64,000 nt of DNA. Source: an uncultured cyanobacterium. Its GTDB lineage: Bacteria; Cyanobacteriota; Cyanobacteriia; Cyanobacteriales; Cyanobacteriaceae. Location: positions 448,001 to 512,000 of the forward strand of contig CAVQBA010000007.1 in NCBI GenBank assembly GCA_963710605.1, written 5' to 3'. The translations under genes and the position numbers were made by a program. Of this stretch, positions 45,675 through 54,935 are shown piece after piece (within the stretch, counting starts at the first letter, position 1; each line of letters opens with the position of its first letter). The notes below the pieces were generated by a model. That model ran no database searches and had not been told where the DNA came from. It saw only the letters and a list, made by a program, of their open reading frames with translations.

Positions 45675-47033
45675 GTGTTCACAACTACTCGTAGGCGTTT
45701 AGCTATTTGGTACACTACCGTTACCGCTATTTTATTAATTATCTTCGCCACAGGAATTTATGCTTATGTATATAAAACCTTAATCGATCGAATTGATGAT
45801 ACTTTAAAACACGTGATTGAAATAGTTGAACCTTCTTTAGTCATCGAAAAAGTAGGCGTATCGCAGGGTAGATATAAAGTAAATTTAGATGCGAGTTTTT
45901 ATCAACATCCTCATACCACCAATCAAGTAGAAGATGATCATATTGATCTAGAATGGTTTAGCCCTAATGGTAAATTGTTGTGGCAAACATCAGAGCAAAT
46001 ATTACCCGTTGAGTTATCATTTAATTCTGGTGGTGATACTATTCGTATTTCTGATGATTATTTATTAAGACAAATAACAAAAAGAATCCAAAAAGGTCGA
46101 TATGTATTAGGTTATCTTCGGGTTAGTCATCCTCTATTTGATGTTATCAAACCAATTCGTCAATTAATAGTTGATTTGAGTATTGCCATTATTTTGTTAG
46201 TGATGGCGGTAGGAAGTATCGGTTGGTTTTTGTCAGGGATTGCGATTCGACCTGTTAAAGAATCTTACCAAAGTTTAAAGCAATTTACCGCAGATGCTTC
46301 TCATGAGTTACGTAATCCGATTGCGACAATCAAAATTAATATTGAAAGTTTATTGGCTTATCCACAACTAGATTTAAAGATTCAGCAACAACAATTTAAA
46401 ATTATCAATCGTCTAACTGATAGGCTGAATAGTTTGGTCAATGATTTATTGTTTTTAGCTCGTAATGATAGTGGTATTATCAATCATGATTTTCAACCGA
46501 TTCCTTTAGATGCTTTGTTGTTAGAGGTAGTTGAAGAGCAAAAAATTATTGCCGTTGAAAACAATGTCGATTTGGTTTTGATTATTAATGAGGAAGATAA
46601 TTTAACCACTGATATAGAAGACGATTTATATCTTGTTGATGGAGATTGGTTACAAATAAATCGTGTTTTTACCAATCTAATTAGTAATGCTATTTTACAC
46701 GGTCAAATAACAGGTGAAGATTCATCTAAACTAATTGTTAACGTCGTTTTGAAGACTGTGATCAAAAAACCACATAAAATTTTTTATGACATAACGATCG
46801 AGGATAATGGAGTAGGAATCTGTGAAAATGTTTTACCTCATTTATTCGATCGATTTTATCGGGGGGATAATGCACGGACTTACCAAGATAATAATTCTAG
46901 CACGGGTTTAGGTTTAGCGATCGTCAAAACGATCGTTGACAATCATCAAGGCAAAATCACAGTTGAAAGTAAACTCAACCAAGGTACAAAATTTATCGTT
47001 AGTTTACCCCAATCGGTAATGAGTAATAAGTAA
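45675..47033 (+). CDS. Membrane sensor histidine kinase (possibly ManS-like)
   Basis: Two TM helices, FTADASHELRNP H-box, NLISNA, DNGVG, FDRFYR, GLGLAIV. Confidence 0.9.
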   Translation: MFTTTRRRLAIWYTTVTAILLIIFATGIYAYVYKTLIDRIDDTLKHVIEIVEPSLVIEKVGVSQGRYKVNLDASFYQHPHTTNQVEDDHIDLEWFSPNGKLLWQTSEQILPVELSFNSGGDTIRISDDYLLRQITKRIQKGRYVLGYLRVSHPLFDVIKPIRQLIVDLSIAIILLVMAVGSIGWFLSGIAIRPVKESYQSLKQFTADASHELRNPIATIKINIESLLAYPQLDLKIQQQQFKIINRLTDRLNSLVNDLLFLARNDSGIINHDFQPIPLDALLLEVVEEQKIIAVENNVDLVLIINEEDNLTTDIEDDLYLVDGDWLQINRVFTNLISNAILHGQITGEDSSKLIVNVVLKTVIKKPHKIFYDITIEDNGVGICENVLPHLFDRFYRGDNARTYQDNNSSTGLGLAIVKTIVDNHQGKITVESKLNQGTKFIVSLPQSVMSNK

Positions 47034-47329
47034 TGAGTAATAAGTAAGAAGTAATAAGTAAGAAGTAAGAAGTAATGAGTTATAGTCGTTTAAAATAACG
47101 ATGAAACAATTTTTGGGTTTGATTTGAGTTTAATTTATTAAACGGTATCTATTAGCCTTGTCAATTTATTGCAAGGCGGGTTTGAAGATTACATTTTCAC
47201 TATTATTTATACTGTCTTAAAGTTAATTTTAACAACTATATAAAGTATAAATAGATTCCCCTAAATCCCCCGAGTCCACGGGGGACTTGCAAATATAAAC
47301 CGTACCTGATAAATGTGAGATACGCTGTA

Positions 47330-49012
47330 TTAATTGTCAATTATTTCGTTGTTAATTCTTTCCCTCCACCATCGATCGTTTTTAACTAAAGTATGAGATT
47401 GCCAATCATCATCCACATGAGGATAATCAAGACGATAATGCCCTCCTCTGCTTTCGGTACGAAATTTGGCACTTTCTAGAATTAAGTAGCCGATATCAAG
47501 TAAATTTAACGTCTCTGCGGTTAATTTGAGTTGTTGCTCGATCGTTGGCGTTTTTAGTTGATAATTATCATTAGGCGATATATCTAAAATTAGTTTGACG
47601 ATCGATAATTGCTTAATTTGTTCACGCCATTGTTTAAACTGAGTAATTGCTTTTTGTAAACCTACTTCTGTACGACAGATACCCGCACCTTCCCACATCA
47701 CTACAGGTAGTTGTTGTCTAATCTGATTAACTACTGTCATCTCCTTGTCAAAATCTGTATCAATCAATTTATCTTCGGTTTTAATTGATGGTATTTCACT
47801 CAATGTAGGTAAAGACAAGTTACGAAAACTTTCACCAAAAACAATACATTCTAACAACGAATTACTCGCTAAACGATTAGCACCATGTACTCCTGTATTC
47901 GATGTTTCACCAATAGCGTACAAACCTGTAATCGAAGTTTGGTTATCTATATTAACTGCTATACCTCCCATCCAATAATGTGCGGCAGGAGAGACAGGTA
48001 TCGGTTGAGCAAATAAATCAACTCCCCATTGCTGACATTTTTTGATGATATTGGGAAAACGATATTTAATTCGATCACGATCGATCGCCCTTAAATCAAG
48101 ATATACTTTACCATCAGCGGGGTCATCACTAGTTTCTTGCAAATGACTATAAATCGCCCTACTGACTATATCACGAGGAGCAAGTTCACCTTGAGGATGA
48201 TAATCAAAAGCAAAACGTTTACCTTCCTCATCAATCAAATAAGCCCCTTCTCCACGCACAGCTTCACTAATTAAAAAACGAGGTGCATCAGCTACATTCA
48301 AAGCAGTAGGATGAAATTGAACAAATTCCAAATCTCTCAAAACAACTCCACTACGCCACCCTAAAGCGACTCCATCCCCTGTACTAACAGCAGGATTGGT
48401 TGTATGTGCAAAAACTTGTCCGCCTCCTCCTGTCGCTAAAATAACCGCCGAAGAGAACAACCATTTTATTTTTTGGTTATGTAGTAAGCATATACCCTGA
48501 CATTTATTTTGGCTTTCATCCATCCACAAATTTAAGGCATAAGCTTGTTCATAAACTTGAATATGTTCGCTTTTTAGTAATTGTTGTCGTAAGATAGAAA
48601 CGATCGCTCTTCCTGTTGTATCAGCGGCGTGAAGCACCCTAGGGAAAGAATGAGCGGCTTCTAATGTCATGGCTAATTGCCCATTATCTCGATCGAAATC
48701 TACCCCCATTTGAATTAAAGATTTAATCGACTCAGTAGCGTTTTCAACTAAATATTTAACAGCAGTAGGGTTACACAAACCAGCACCAGCTTTAATTGTG
48801 TCTTGTAAATGCGAAGCAGGAGAATCATTTTCATTAACCGCCGCCGCTATTCCTCCTTGCGCCCAATCACTTGCACCCCTTTTGAGTTTGTCTTTGGTAA
48901 TGACAGCAATTTGCAAATTAGTCGGTAAGGATAAAGCCGCATATAAACCAGCCGCACCTGAGCCAACTATAATAACATCAAAATTTACAACAGAAAAAGA
49001 TCGATCGTTCAA
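47330..49012 (-). CDS. nadB: L-aspartate oxidase
   Basis: GSGAAGL, WAQGGIAA, EFVQFHPT, SEAVRGEG, GVHGANRLASNSLLE, ESRGGH. Confidence 0.95.
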   Translation of the reverse strand: MNDRSFSVVNFDVIIVGSGAAGLYAALSLPTNLQIAVITKDKLKRGASDWAQGGIAAAVNENDSPASHLQDTIKAGAGLCNPTAVKYLVENATESIKSLIQMGVDFDRDNGQLAMTLEAAHSFPRVLHAADTTGRAIVSILRQQLLKSEHIQVYEQAYALNLWMDESQNKCQGICLLHNQKIKWLFSSAVILATGGGGQVFAHTTNPAVSTGDGVALGWRSGVVLRDLEFVQFHPTALNVADAPRFLISEAVRGEGAYLIDEEGKRFAFDYHPQGELAPRDIVSRAIYSHLQETSDDPADGKVYLDLRAIDRDRIKYRFPNIIKKCQQWGVDLFAQPIPVSPAAHYWMGGIAVNIDNQTSITGLYAIGETSNTGVHGANRLASNSLLECIVFGESFRNLSLPTLSEIPSIKTEDKLIDTDFDKEMTVVNQIRQQLPVVMWEGAGICRTEVGLQKAITQFKQWREQIKQLSIVKLILDISPNDNYQLKTPTIEQQLKLTAETLNLLDIGYLILESAKFRTESRGGHYRLDYPHVDDDWQSHTLVKNDRWWRERINNEIIDN

Positions 49013-49111
49013 AATGTTGTTTACACTATCATTAATAGCGTTTTTTTATACTTTTGCTCATTTTACCTAATCTTAAACATTTTAAGCAATCGATCGATAA
49101 TTAATAATTAA

Positions 49112-49219
49112 TACAGCGTTTCCCATCTTTATGAAGTATATTTCTAATTTACAAGTCCCCCTTACAAAGGGGGATTTAGGGGGATTAATCTGTATCTTAT
49201 GAAACTGAGAATTGCTATA
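49112..49219. mobile_element. MITE-like element, same family as 6508-6708 (inverted)
   Basis: End sequences resemble the reverse complements of the 6508-6708 termini; internal CCCCCTT/AAGGGGG hairpin. Confidence 0.6.
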
Positions 49220-49301
49220 ACTAACAATTGATAATCTTCTTACCGAAAGTAAACCTATAAATGAAGGGTAGCTTGTCTGTAGTTTTTATCTCAAACATAT
49301 T

Positions 49302-49345
49302 AAAAAAAGGCATTAATGAATTAATTTTTCACTAATACCTTTTTT
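49302..49345 (-). terminator. Terminator downstream of ssrA
   Basis: AAAAAAAGGCATTA...TAATACCTTTTTT inverted repeat. Confidence 0.6.
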
Positions 49346-49353
49346 GTTGATTA

Positions 49354-49740
49354 TGGAGCTGAGCAGAGTTGAACTGCTGTCCAAACCAGCTATTTACTTA
49401 TCGATCGTTCACAGGTTTAGCCTATCTAATCCTCAGGCGGGAACTATCACTTATCCCTGACAGTGGGATTTTCTCGTATTATCTTAATTTAAAAACTGAC
49501 AAGAAGCAGTCGTTAAAAGCATCCGTTATTTATTGCCTATAGTACTTAACGGAGTCACACTATAAGCGCTCGAACCAATTTTTTAGGTCTTAGGCTGCTA
49601 CTGGAGCTGCTTTACGAGCAAAAGGAACTATGTTGTTCGCAGTTACAATTTTTTTGAATCTTTGATTAATGAGAGGAGATTCACTCTCAACCTGTATCAC
49701 GGGTCAGCTTTCACAAGCCTGTCGAAACCTTTACAGCCCC
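49354..49740 (-). ncRNA. ssrA: tmRNA; tag peptide ANNIVPFARKAAPVAA* at 49590-49640
   Basis: 5' GGGGCTGTAAAGGTTTCGAC, 3' T-arm GCAGTTCAACTCTGC and CAGCTCCA acceptor end (CCA not encoded); cyanobacterial-type tag. Confidence 0.97.
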
Positions 49741-49844
49741 TTGTTTTCCCTTTCGGTATTTACCATCATAACTTATAATTTATTAGTTGACAACCCCCAA
49801 TCATGAGTAAGGAGTAAGGAGTAACAAGTAATGAGTAAGAAGTT

Positions 49845-51356
49845 TTAATTGTCCATTGTCAATTGTCGATCGTTCACTGCTGGATGTGCCTCCAATACAA
49901 ACTCGATCGGCTGAAGCCGGCGCTGCGCGATCGTCGAAGTGGGCTGTGCCGTAAGGAGATTTGAGGGGAATTGCCCGTCGAGATAAGTAGAAGAATCCCC
50001 CCTAGCCCCCCTTTGTAAGGGGGGAACAAGATCGTGGTCGTGGTTGTCAGTATGAGGTATCAGGGTATGATAAGTGTCTGTTTTTGTATTTTGAATTGCA
50101 TTGAGTATTAAGACGTTGATATCGGAAGGAAGTTTACGGATACCAGGGGCTATATGGTTCTTTAATAAGTCATAGGGGTGAGCTTGTTGGTCTAAATGTG
50201 AACCATCGTCCGAGAGGAAGGCAGTAAAGTTATCACCGACAAAGGTACGTCTGCCATTTTGATAACGAACATTTTTATCGAATTCTGAATAACCGTTGAT
50301 GAAGCCATAAAGGTGGGCAGTTTCATGGAGGATGGTGGTAAGCAGATCGTATTTACCATAGGCTTCTGAGTCAGGAGTTGCCAAAAATGCGAACTCCGAA
50401 TTCCGAATTGCGAACTCCAAATTCTCCATAGGAGTAGCGTCGATAAACCAGCCAACACCGTTAGCATCGTGGTCAATGGAGACGATACCAGCATTGGGTT
50501 TACCCTCTGAGTCAAAACCTGTGATAGTGGCTTCTGCTAGTTGTCCAGAGGGAAGATCTTTTATTTCATAGGTGATGTCGATGTTGGTTTGAGGTAAAAG
50601 GGTTGACCAGATATGGTTTACGCTATTATTGAGTTGGTTAATAGTTTGGAGATTTGAATTATGGATATCACTGCTGAGGAGTTGCTCAGAAGGTATAATG
50701 CTGGAGAAAGGGATTTCACTAATATATGTTTGCGTAGAATCAATCTTATCGATGTTGATTTGAGTGAGATTAATTTGAGTGGTGCTAGATTGGATAATAC
50801 TTGTTTGACCAGAGTAAATCTCGACCGATCTATTTTTGTTAATGTCTTTTTGGAAACCACTTTCTTTGATGAAGTTAGTTTGGAGAGAGCTAATTTGAGC
50901 GGGGTCAATTTGTACGGTTCTAGAATGAGACGGGTTAATCTCAAAAGGAGTAACTTGGAAAATATTATCTGGTATGAATCTTGGCTGGAAGATGTCGATC
51001 TTCGAGAGTCCAATCTGCGTGGTGCTGACATGGGAGAGATTTATCTTGTTGATTGCAACTTTCTTGGAGCTAGGATGGAGGAAATATCCTTTCTGCCTAT
51101 GAGAGAGAGAGTTATCATGCCAGACGGAACTATCATAACTGATGATTGGATTTTTACTAGTTAAATTCTCACCATACTGTGCATTTGTTTCTATTATTGA
51201 AAAATCGGCTAGAAGGTTAGAAGTCAATGGGGAACAAGAGACATGATTTTCATCTTCAATGATATTTTGAATTTCTTTTGGAAGATGAGAAAAGAAATTG
51301 TTACTTGTTAATTCTTCTAAATAGAGCTCGCTTGTAGGGTGCGTTCTATTAAACCG
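49845..51356 (-). pseudogene. Fragment of a large-protein gene: variable region, conserved QLAEATITGFD..GWFID block, HExxH motif
   Basis: Frame is open 49845-51356 with no ATG near its 5' end (track start is TTG 51227); LLTTILHETAHLYGF; 3' end dissolves into repeats. Confidence 0.7.
50661..51164 (+). CDS. Pentapeptide-repeat protein 1, nested antisense in the minus-strand frame
   Basis: ITAEELLRRYNAGERDF N-cap, xNLxx repeats, IMPDG C-cap; GGAG upstream of the ATG. Confidence 0.88.
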   Translation: MDITAEELLRRYNAGERDFTNICLRRINLIDVDLSEINLSGARLDNTCLTRVNLDRSIFVNVFLETTFFDEVSLERANLSGVNLYGSRMRRVNLKRSNLENIIWYESWLEDVDLRESNLRGADMGEIYLVDCNFLGARMEEISFLPMRERVIMPDGTIITDDWIFTS

Positions 51357-51527
51357 TTACATATTTAAGACCATCCCATATAATATAGAACGCACCACCC
51401 TTATTTATTCATTAACGATTTTTTGAGGTATTTGTGGTATGTTATTTAATTCCCAATCAGACGGATAAATTCCTCGAGCAATAAAGCACTAAGATATACG
51501 ATACATAAAATAAAAGCGAAACCCAAC
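51328..51527. repeat. REP-like cluster duplicated at 52290-52507
   Basis: TCGCTTGTAGGGTGCGTTCTATTAAACCG...CCCAAT and ACGATACATAAAAT.AAAGCGAAACCCAAC occur in both. Confidence 0.85.
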
Positions 51528-51539
51528 TGTATTGGTTAT

Positions 51540-52307
51540 GGAGTATTCATTATTATCTAATGGTGTATCGTCGATAAACCAGCCGACACCGTTAGCATTG
51601 TGGTCAATGGAGACTATACCTGCGTTAGGTTTACCGAAAGAGTCAAACCCTGTGATAGTTGCTTCTGCTAGTTGTCTTGTTGGTAAGTCTTTTATTTCAT
51701 AGGTGATGTCAATGTCGGTTTGAGGTAAGAGGGTTGACCAGATATTGTTTACGCTATTATTTAGTTGGTTAAGTGTTTAGATCTTTTTTGAATTATGCCA
51801 AAAAGAAGGAAAATTACTGCTGATGAATTGATTCGACAATATAATAGGGGGAACAGAGATTTCCGTCGGATTCGTATATGGGATTGGAGAAATGATGTTT
51901 TCAATGGTGTCGATCTTAGGGGTATTAATCTTGAAGATACTTTTATCGATATCAATCTAAGTGGTGCTATTTTGAGAAATGCTAATTTCAAAAATTCTAT
52001 CTGGGTTAGTGGAGACTGGCAAAATATTGATTTTACTGATTCCAATATGATCGGTGTTTCCAATGTGGATAGTTTCATCTTTACCCGTTGCGATTTTAGT
52101 GGAACTGTTTGGAGTAACGTCAAATTTTTTCAGTCTACTTTCGTTGACTGCAATTTGAGCTTCACTGATTTTGATAACGCCAGTCTTGTCGAAGTTGATC
52201 TTTACGGTTGAATTGTTTGTATTAATTAATGTAATATTATTTGCTTGAGATAATTTTAATGGTTGAGCTAATATATTAGTGCGATCGTATCGCTTGTAGG
52301 GTGCGTT
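51540..52307 (-). pseudogene. Second, degraded copy of the minus-strand frame (two in-frame stops)
   Basis: Hand translation keeps register through NQLNNSVNNIWSTLLPQTDIDITYEIKDLPTRQLAEATITGFDSFGKPNAGIVSIDHNANGVGWFIDDTP; stops at 51777-79 (TAA) and 51957-59 (TAG). Confidence 0.75.
51795..52211 (+). CDS. Pentapeptide-repeat protein 2, nested antisense
   Basis: ITADELIRQYNRGNRDF N-cap, xDFxx/xNLxx repeats. Confidence 0.85.
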   Translation: MPKRRKITADELIRQYNRGNRDFRRIRIWDWRNDVFNGVDLRGINLEDTFIDINLSGAILRNANFKNSIWVSGDWQNIDFTDSNMIGVSNVDSFIFTRCDFSGTVWSNVKFFQSTFVDCNLSFTDFDNASLVEVDLYG

Positions 52308-52551
52308 CTATTAAACCGTTACATATTTAAGACCATCCCATATCATATAAAACGCACCACCCTTATTTATTAACTAACGATTTCTTGAGGTATTTGTGGT
52401 ATGTTATCTAATCCCCAATTAGTGAGATAGAAGATATTGTAGGGAACGGTTAAGCCTCGCAAAGATTAATATACACACGATACATAAAATGAAAGCGAAA
52501 CCCAACAACCGACTATCTACTAGCTCGTAATGAGAATCGGGAATATAACGA

Positions 52552-53577
52552 TTAATTCTCTGTCGTCCATCGATCGAGAATATCATTAAAAAGTACTTCT
52601 TCAACTATTGTTTTAAAAACTACTGTCAACGGAAGTGCCAACAGCAAACCAAGTAAGCCAAAGGTACTCGCAAAAAAGATTTGGGCAAAAAGAGTAACCG
52701 CTGGTAATAAAGACACTTTTTCTTCCATTACTCTAGGTGTTAACCAATAACTTTCGATATTTTGAATAATAAAGTATAAGACAAAAATAGGTAGTATTTT
52801 CCAAGGATAATCAACTATCGCAATCATAATCGGGAAAACAATGCTGAGTGTCGGACCAATATTAGGGATAAAATTTAATAATCCTGCTAAAAGTGCATGA
52901 ACTAAAACAAACTTTACTTGTAATGCGAACAAACCGACACCGCTTAATAAACCAATGAAGAGCGAATTAATTACTGTTCCATTAAACCAACTAACGATCG
53001 CAATTTCACTTTTATCTAATATATTATCAATTCGATACCGATAAAAAGCAGGAAATAATTGTCGAAAATAATGACGATATTTCTGAGGATTAAGTAAAAA
53101 CATAATACTCAAAATTAAAATAAATATTCCTTGAAAAAGGATCACTAATACATTAGAAAAAAAAGTAATAAAATTATTCAATAAATTATCAGGAATAAAA
53201 TTATAATCTTCGATCGAAATATCTAATTCTTGGATGAATTTAAAATATTTATATCGATCGTAATCAAAGTTATTAATTAAATAATTTATTCTTTCAGGAA
53301 AATTTTGAAAAACATTTAATAATAATTGAAACTGTTCAATAAATGGAGGTAAAATAACTAAAAATAGTAAATTAAAAATAATAGTTATAAGAATGATGAT
53401 GATGACAATCGCAGTAGAACGAGTTAAATAAAATTGATTTAGTTTTATAACAAGACGGTTAAGAGCTACAGCTATAATAATAGCCAAGAAAATTAACAAC
53501 AAAAGTTGACGTATTTCCCATAAAATATAAAGAGAAATTAAAAAACTAAGAAATCCTAAAGATTGACCAAAATTCAT
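52552..53577 (-). CDS. AI-2E family transporter
   Basis: Multiple TM helices, LNFIPNIGP, IQNIESYWLTP, GLLGLLLALPL. Confidence 0.9.
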   Translation of the reverse strand: MNFGQSLGFLSFLISLYILWEIRQLLLLIFLAIIIAVALNRLVIKLNQFYLTRSTAIVIIIILITIIFNLLFLVILPPFIEQFQLLLNVFQNFPERINYLINNFDYDRYKYFKFIQELDISIEDYNFIPDNLLNNFITFFSNVLVILFQGIFILILSIMFLLNPQKYRHYFRQLFPAFYRYRIDNILDKSEIAIVSWFNGTVINSLFIGLLSGVGLFALQVKFVLVHALLAGLLNFIPNIGPTLSIVFPIMIAIVDYPWKILPIFVLYFIIQNIESYWLTPRVMEEKVSLLPAVTLFAQIFFASTFGLLGLLLALPLTVVFKTIVEEVLFNDILDRWTTEN

Positions 53578-53654
53578 ATTTACTTATCAACTAAAAATGT
53601 GCTAATTTGAAAATAAAAAATAAAAATAATTATAAAGATAGGAGTTAAAAAACA

Positions 53655-54224
53655 ATGCGAGAAGAAGTAATTGAATGGTTAAACAATAATGTACCTGCTA
53701 AAAGAGTTCAACATATTTTAGGGGTAGAACAAATGTCGATACATTTAGCCCAAAAACATGATTGTGATCTTGAATTAGCCCAAAAAGCAGGTTTAATGCA
53801 CGATTTAGCTAAGTTTTTTCCGCCACAAAAACTACTTCAAATAGCTAAAGATAATAATTTAAAATTAGATAATATTACTGAAAAAATTCCTCATTTAATT
53901 CATGCTGATGTAAGTTCGATCGTTGCTAAACAACAATTTGGTGTTAATAACGAGTCAATCTTAGAAGCTATTAGTAATCATACTTTAGGTAACCCACAAA
54001 TGAGTAAATTAAGTTGTATAGTTTTTATCGCTGATAAAATTGAGTGGAATCGTGGTGATACCGAGCAATTAAATCAACTTAGACAAATTAGTGATGAAAA
54101 TTTATATAAAGGTTTAGCATTTGTTTGTAACTATTCCCTCTCATATCTATTAAAATGTAATCAACTAATTCATCCACGGACGATTTTAACCCGTAATTGG
54201 GCGATATCGCACCAGAAAAATTGA
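53655..54224 (+). CDS. yqeK: YqeK-family HD hydrolase (Ap4A hydrolase)
   Basis: RVQHILGV, MHDLAK, IHA, NHTLG, FIADKIE. Confidence 0.88.
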   Translation: MREEVIEWLNNNVPAKRVQHILGVEQMSIHLAQKHDCDLELAQKAGLMHDLAKFFPPQKLLQIAKDNNLKLDNITEKIPHLIHADVSSIVAKQQFGVNNESILEAISNHTLGNPQMSKLSCIVFIADKIEWNRGDTEQLNQLRQISDENLYKGLAFVCNYSLSYLLKCNQLIHPRTILTRNWAISHQKN

Positions 54225-54410
54225 CAACTGACCAAAGACAGTTGAAAATCACAATAAACCCAAAAAATTGCTATCTAATCTCAAAATAAGCTTGAACTAT
54301 TCAATCTAGATAATTTGAATAATCATCTGTTTTAAGAATTAAGATTAATAAAGGGTTACATATATACGATCGTTGTTTGATTAATAAATTTTTACTCCCC
54401 TTGATATGTT

Positions 54411-54599
54411 ATGTCAGATAAAAATACTCATAAACTATTGCCCGAAGTCTTTTTAAGTATTCTCACCCCAACGATGATGATTACCAAAATGTCGGGTGAA
54501 AATTTGGTTAATTTACTCGAAGAAATGGGTAAAGCTAGTGAAGAAATTTTTCGTGGTGAAAGATTACCGATTCTTAAAGATCACTATTTAGATTCTTAA
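54411..54599 (+). CDS. Small hypothetical protein
   Basis: 62-aa ORF ending GKASEEIFRGERLPIL, which looks like a conserved cyanobacterial motif. Confidence 0.6.
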   Translation: MSDKNTHKLLPEVFLSILTPTMMITKMSGENLVNLLEEMGKASEEIFRGERLPILKDHYLDS

Positions 54600-54935
54600 T
54601 CATTATTTACTTTACTTCACTAATAAAATGTATCGCAGTAAACTATCTATGATCAAAAATCACTGCTAAGCTAACAAGAGTTAATAATCAGTAATTTAAT
54701 GATTCCTCAAATTGATAGTGGATTGTTATTCAAATATTCTAGTTTGATGAGCGTAATTTTACTCTGGGAACTAAATTAAGATTAATAAATAAATAAAATA
54801 AGCAAAAATAAAATGATTTTGATAGTTAGTGAAAAATAAAATAAGATTCATCAATGTATGATCAAATTGCTAGAAACCTGCTAATGAAGCTATTAGTTAT
54901 TTGCACAAGATAAAGATTAAATAAGATAAATAATT

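Noticed and set aside
50192-50515. 107-aa minus-strand ORF
   Set aside because: Alternative frame of the HExxH-containing ORF with no recognisable motif.
50618-52123. Minus-strand ORFs 50618-51031 and 51761-52123 as a third coding layer
   Set aside because: They are out of register with the conserved domain, stop at its edge and have the low-complexity L/K/S/R pattern expected of a shadow frame.
49354-52507. Genomic island integrated at ssrA
   Set aside because: The cassettes lie at the 5' side of ssrA; I found no integrase and no duplicated tmRNA 3' end.
52419-52604. 61-aa minus-strand ORF
   Set aside because: Overlaps the AI-2E gene end and runs through REP-like repeat sequence.
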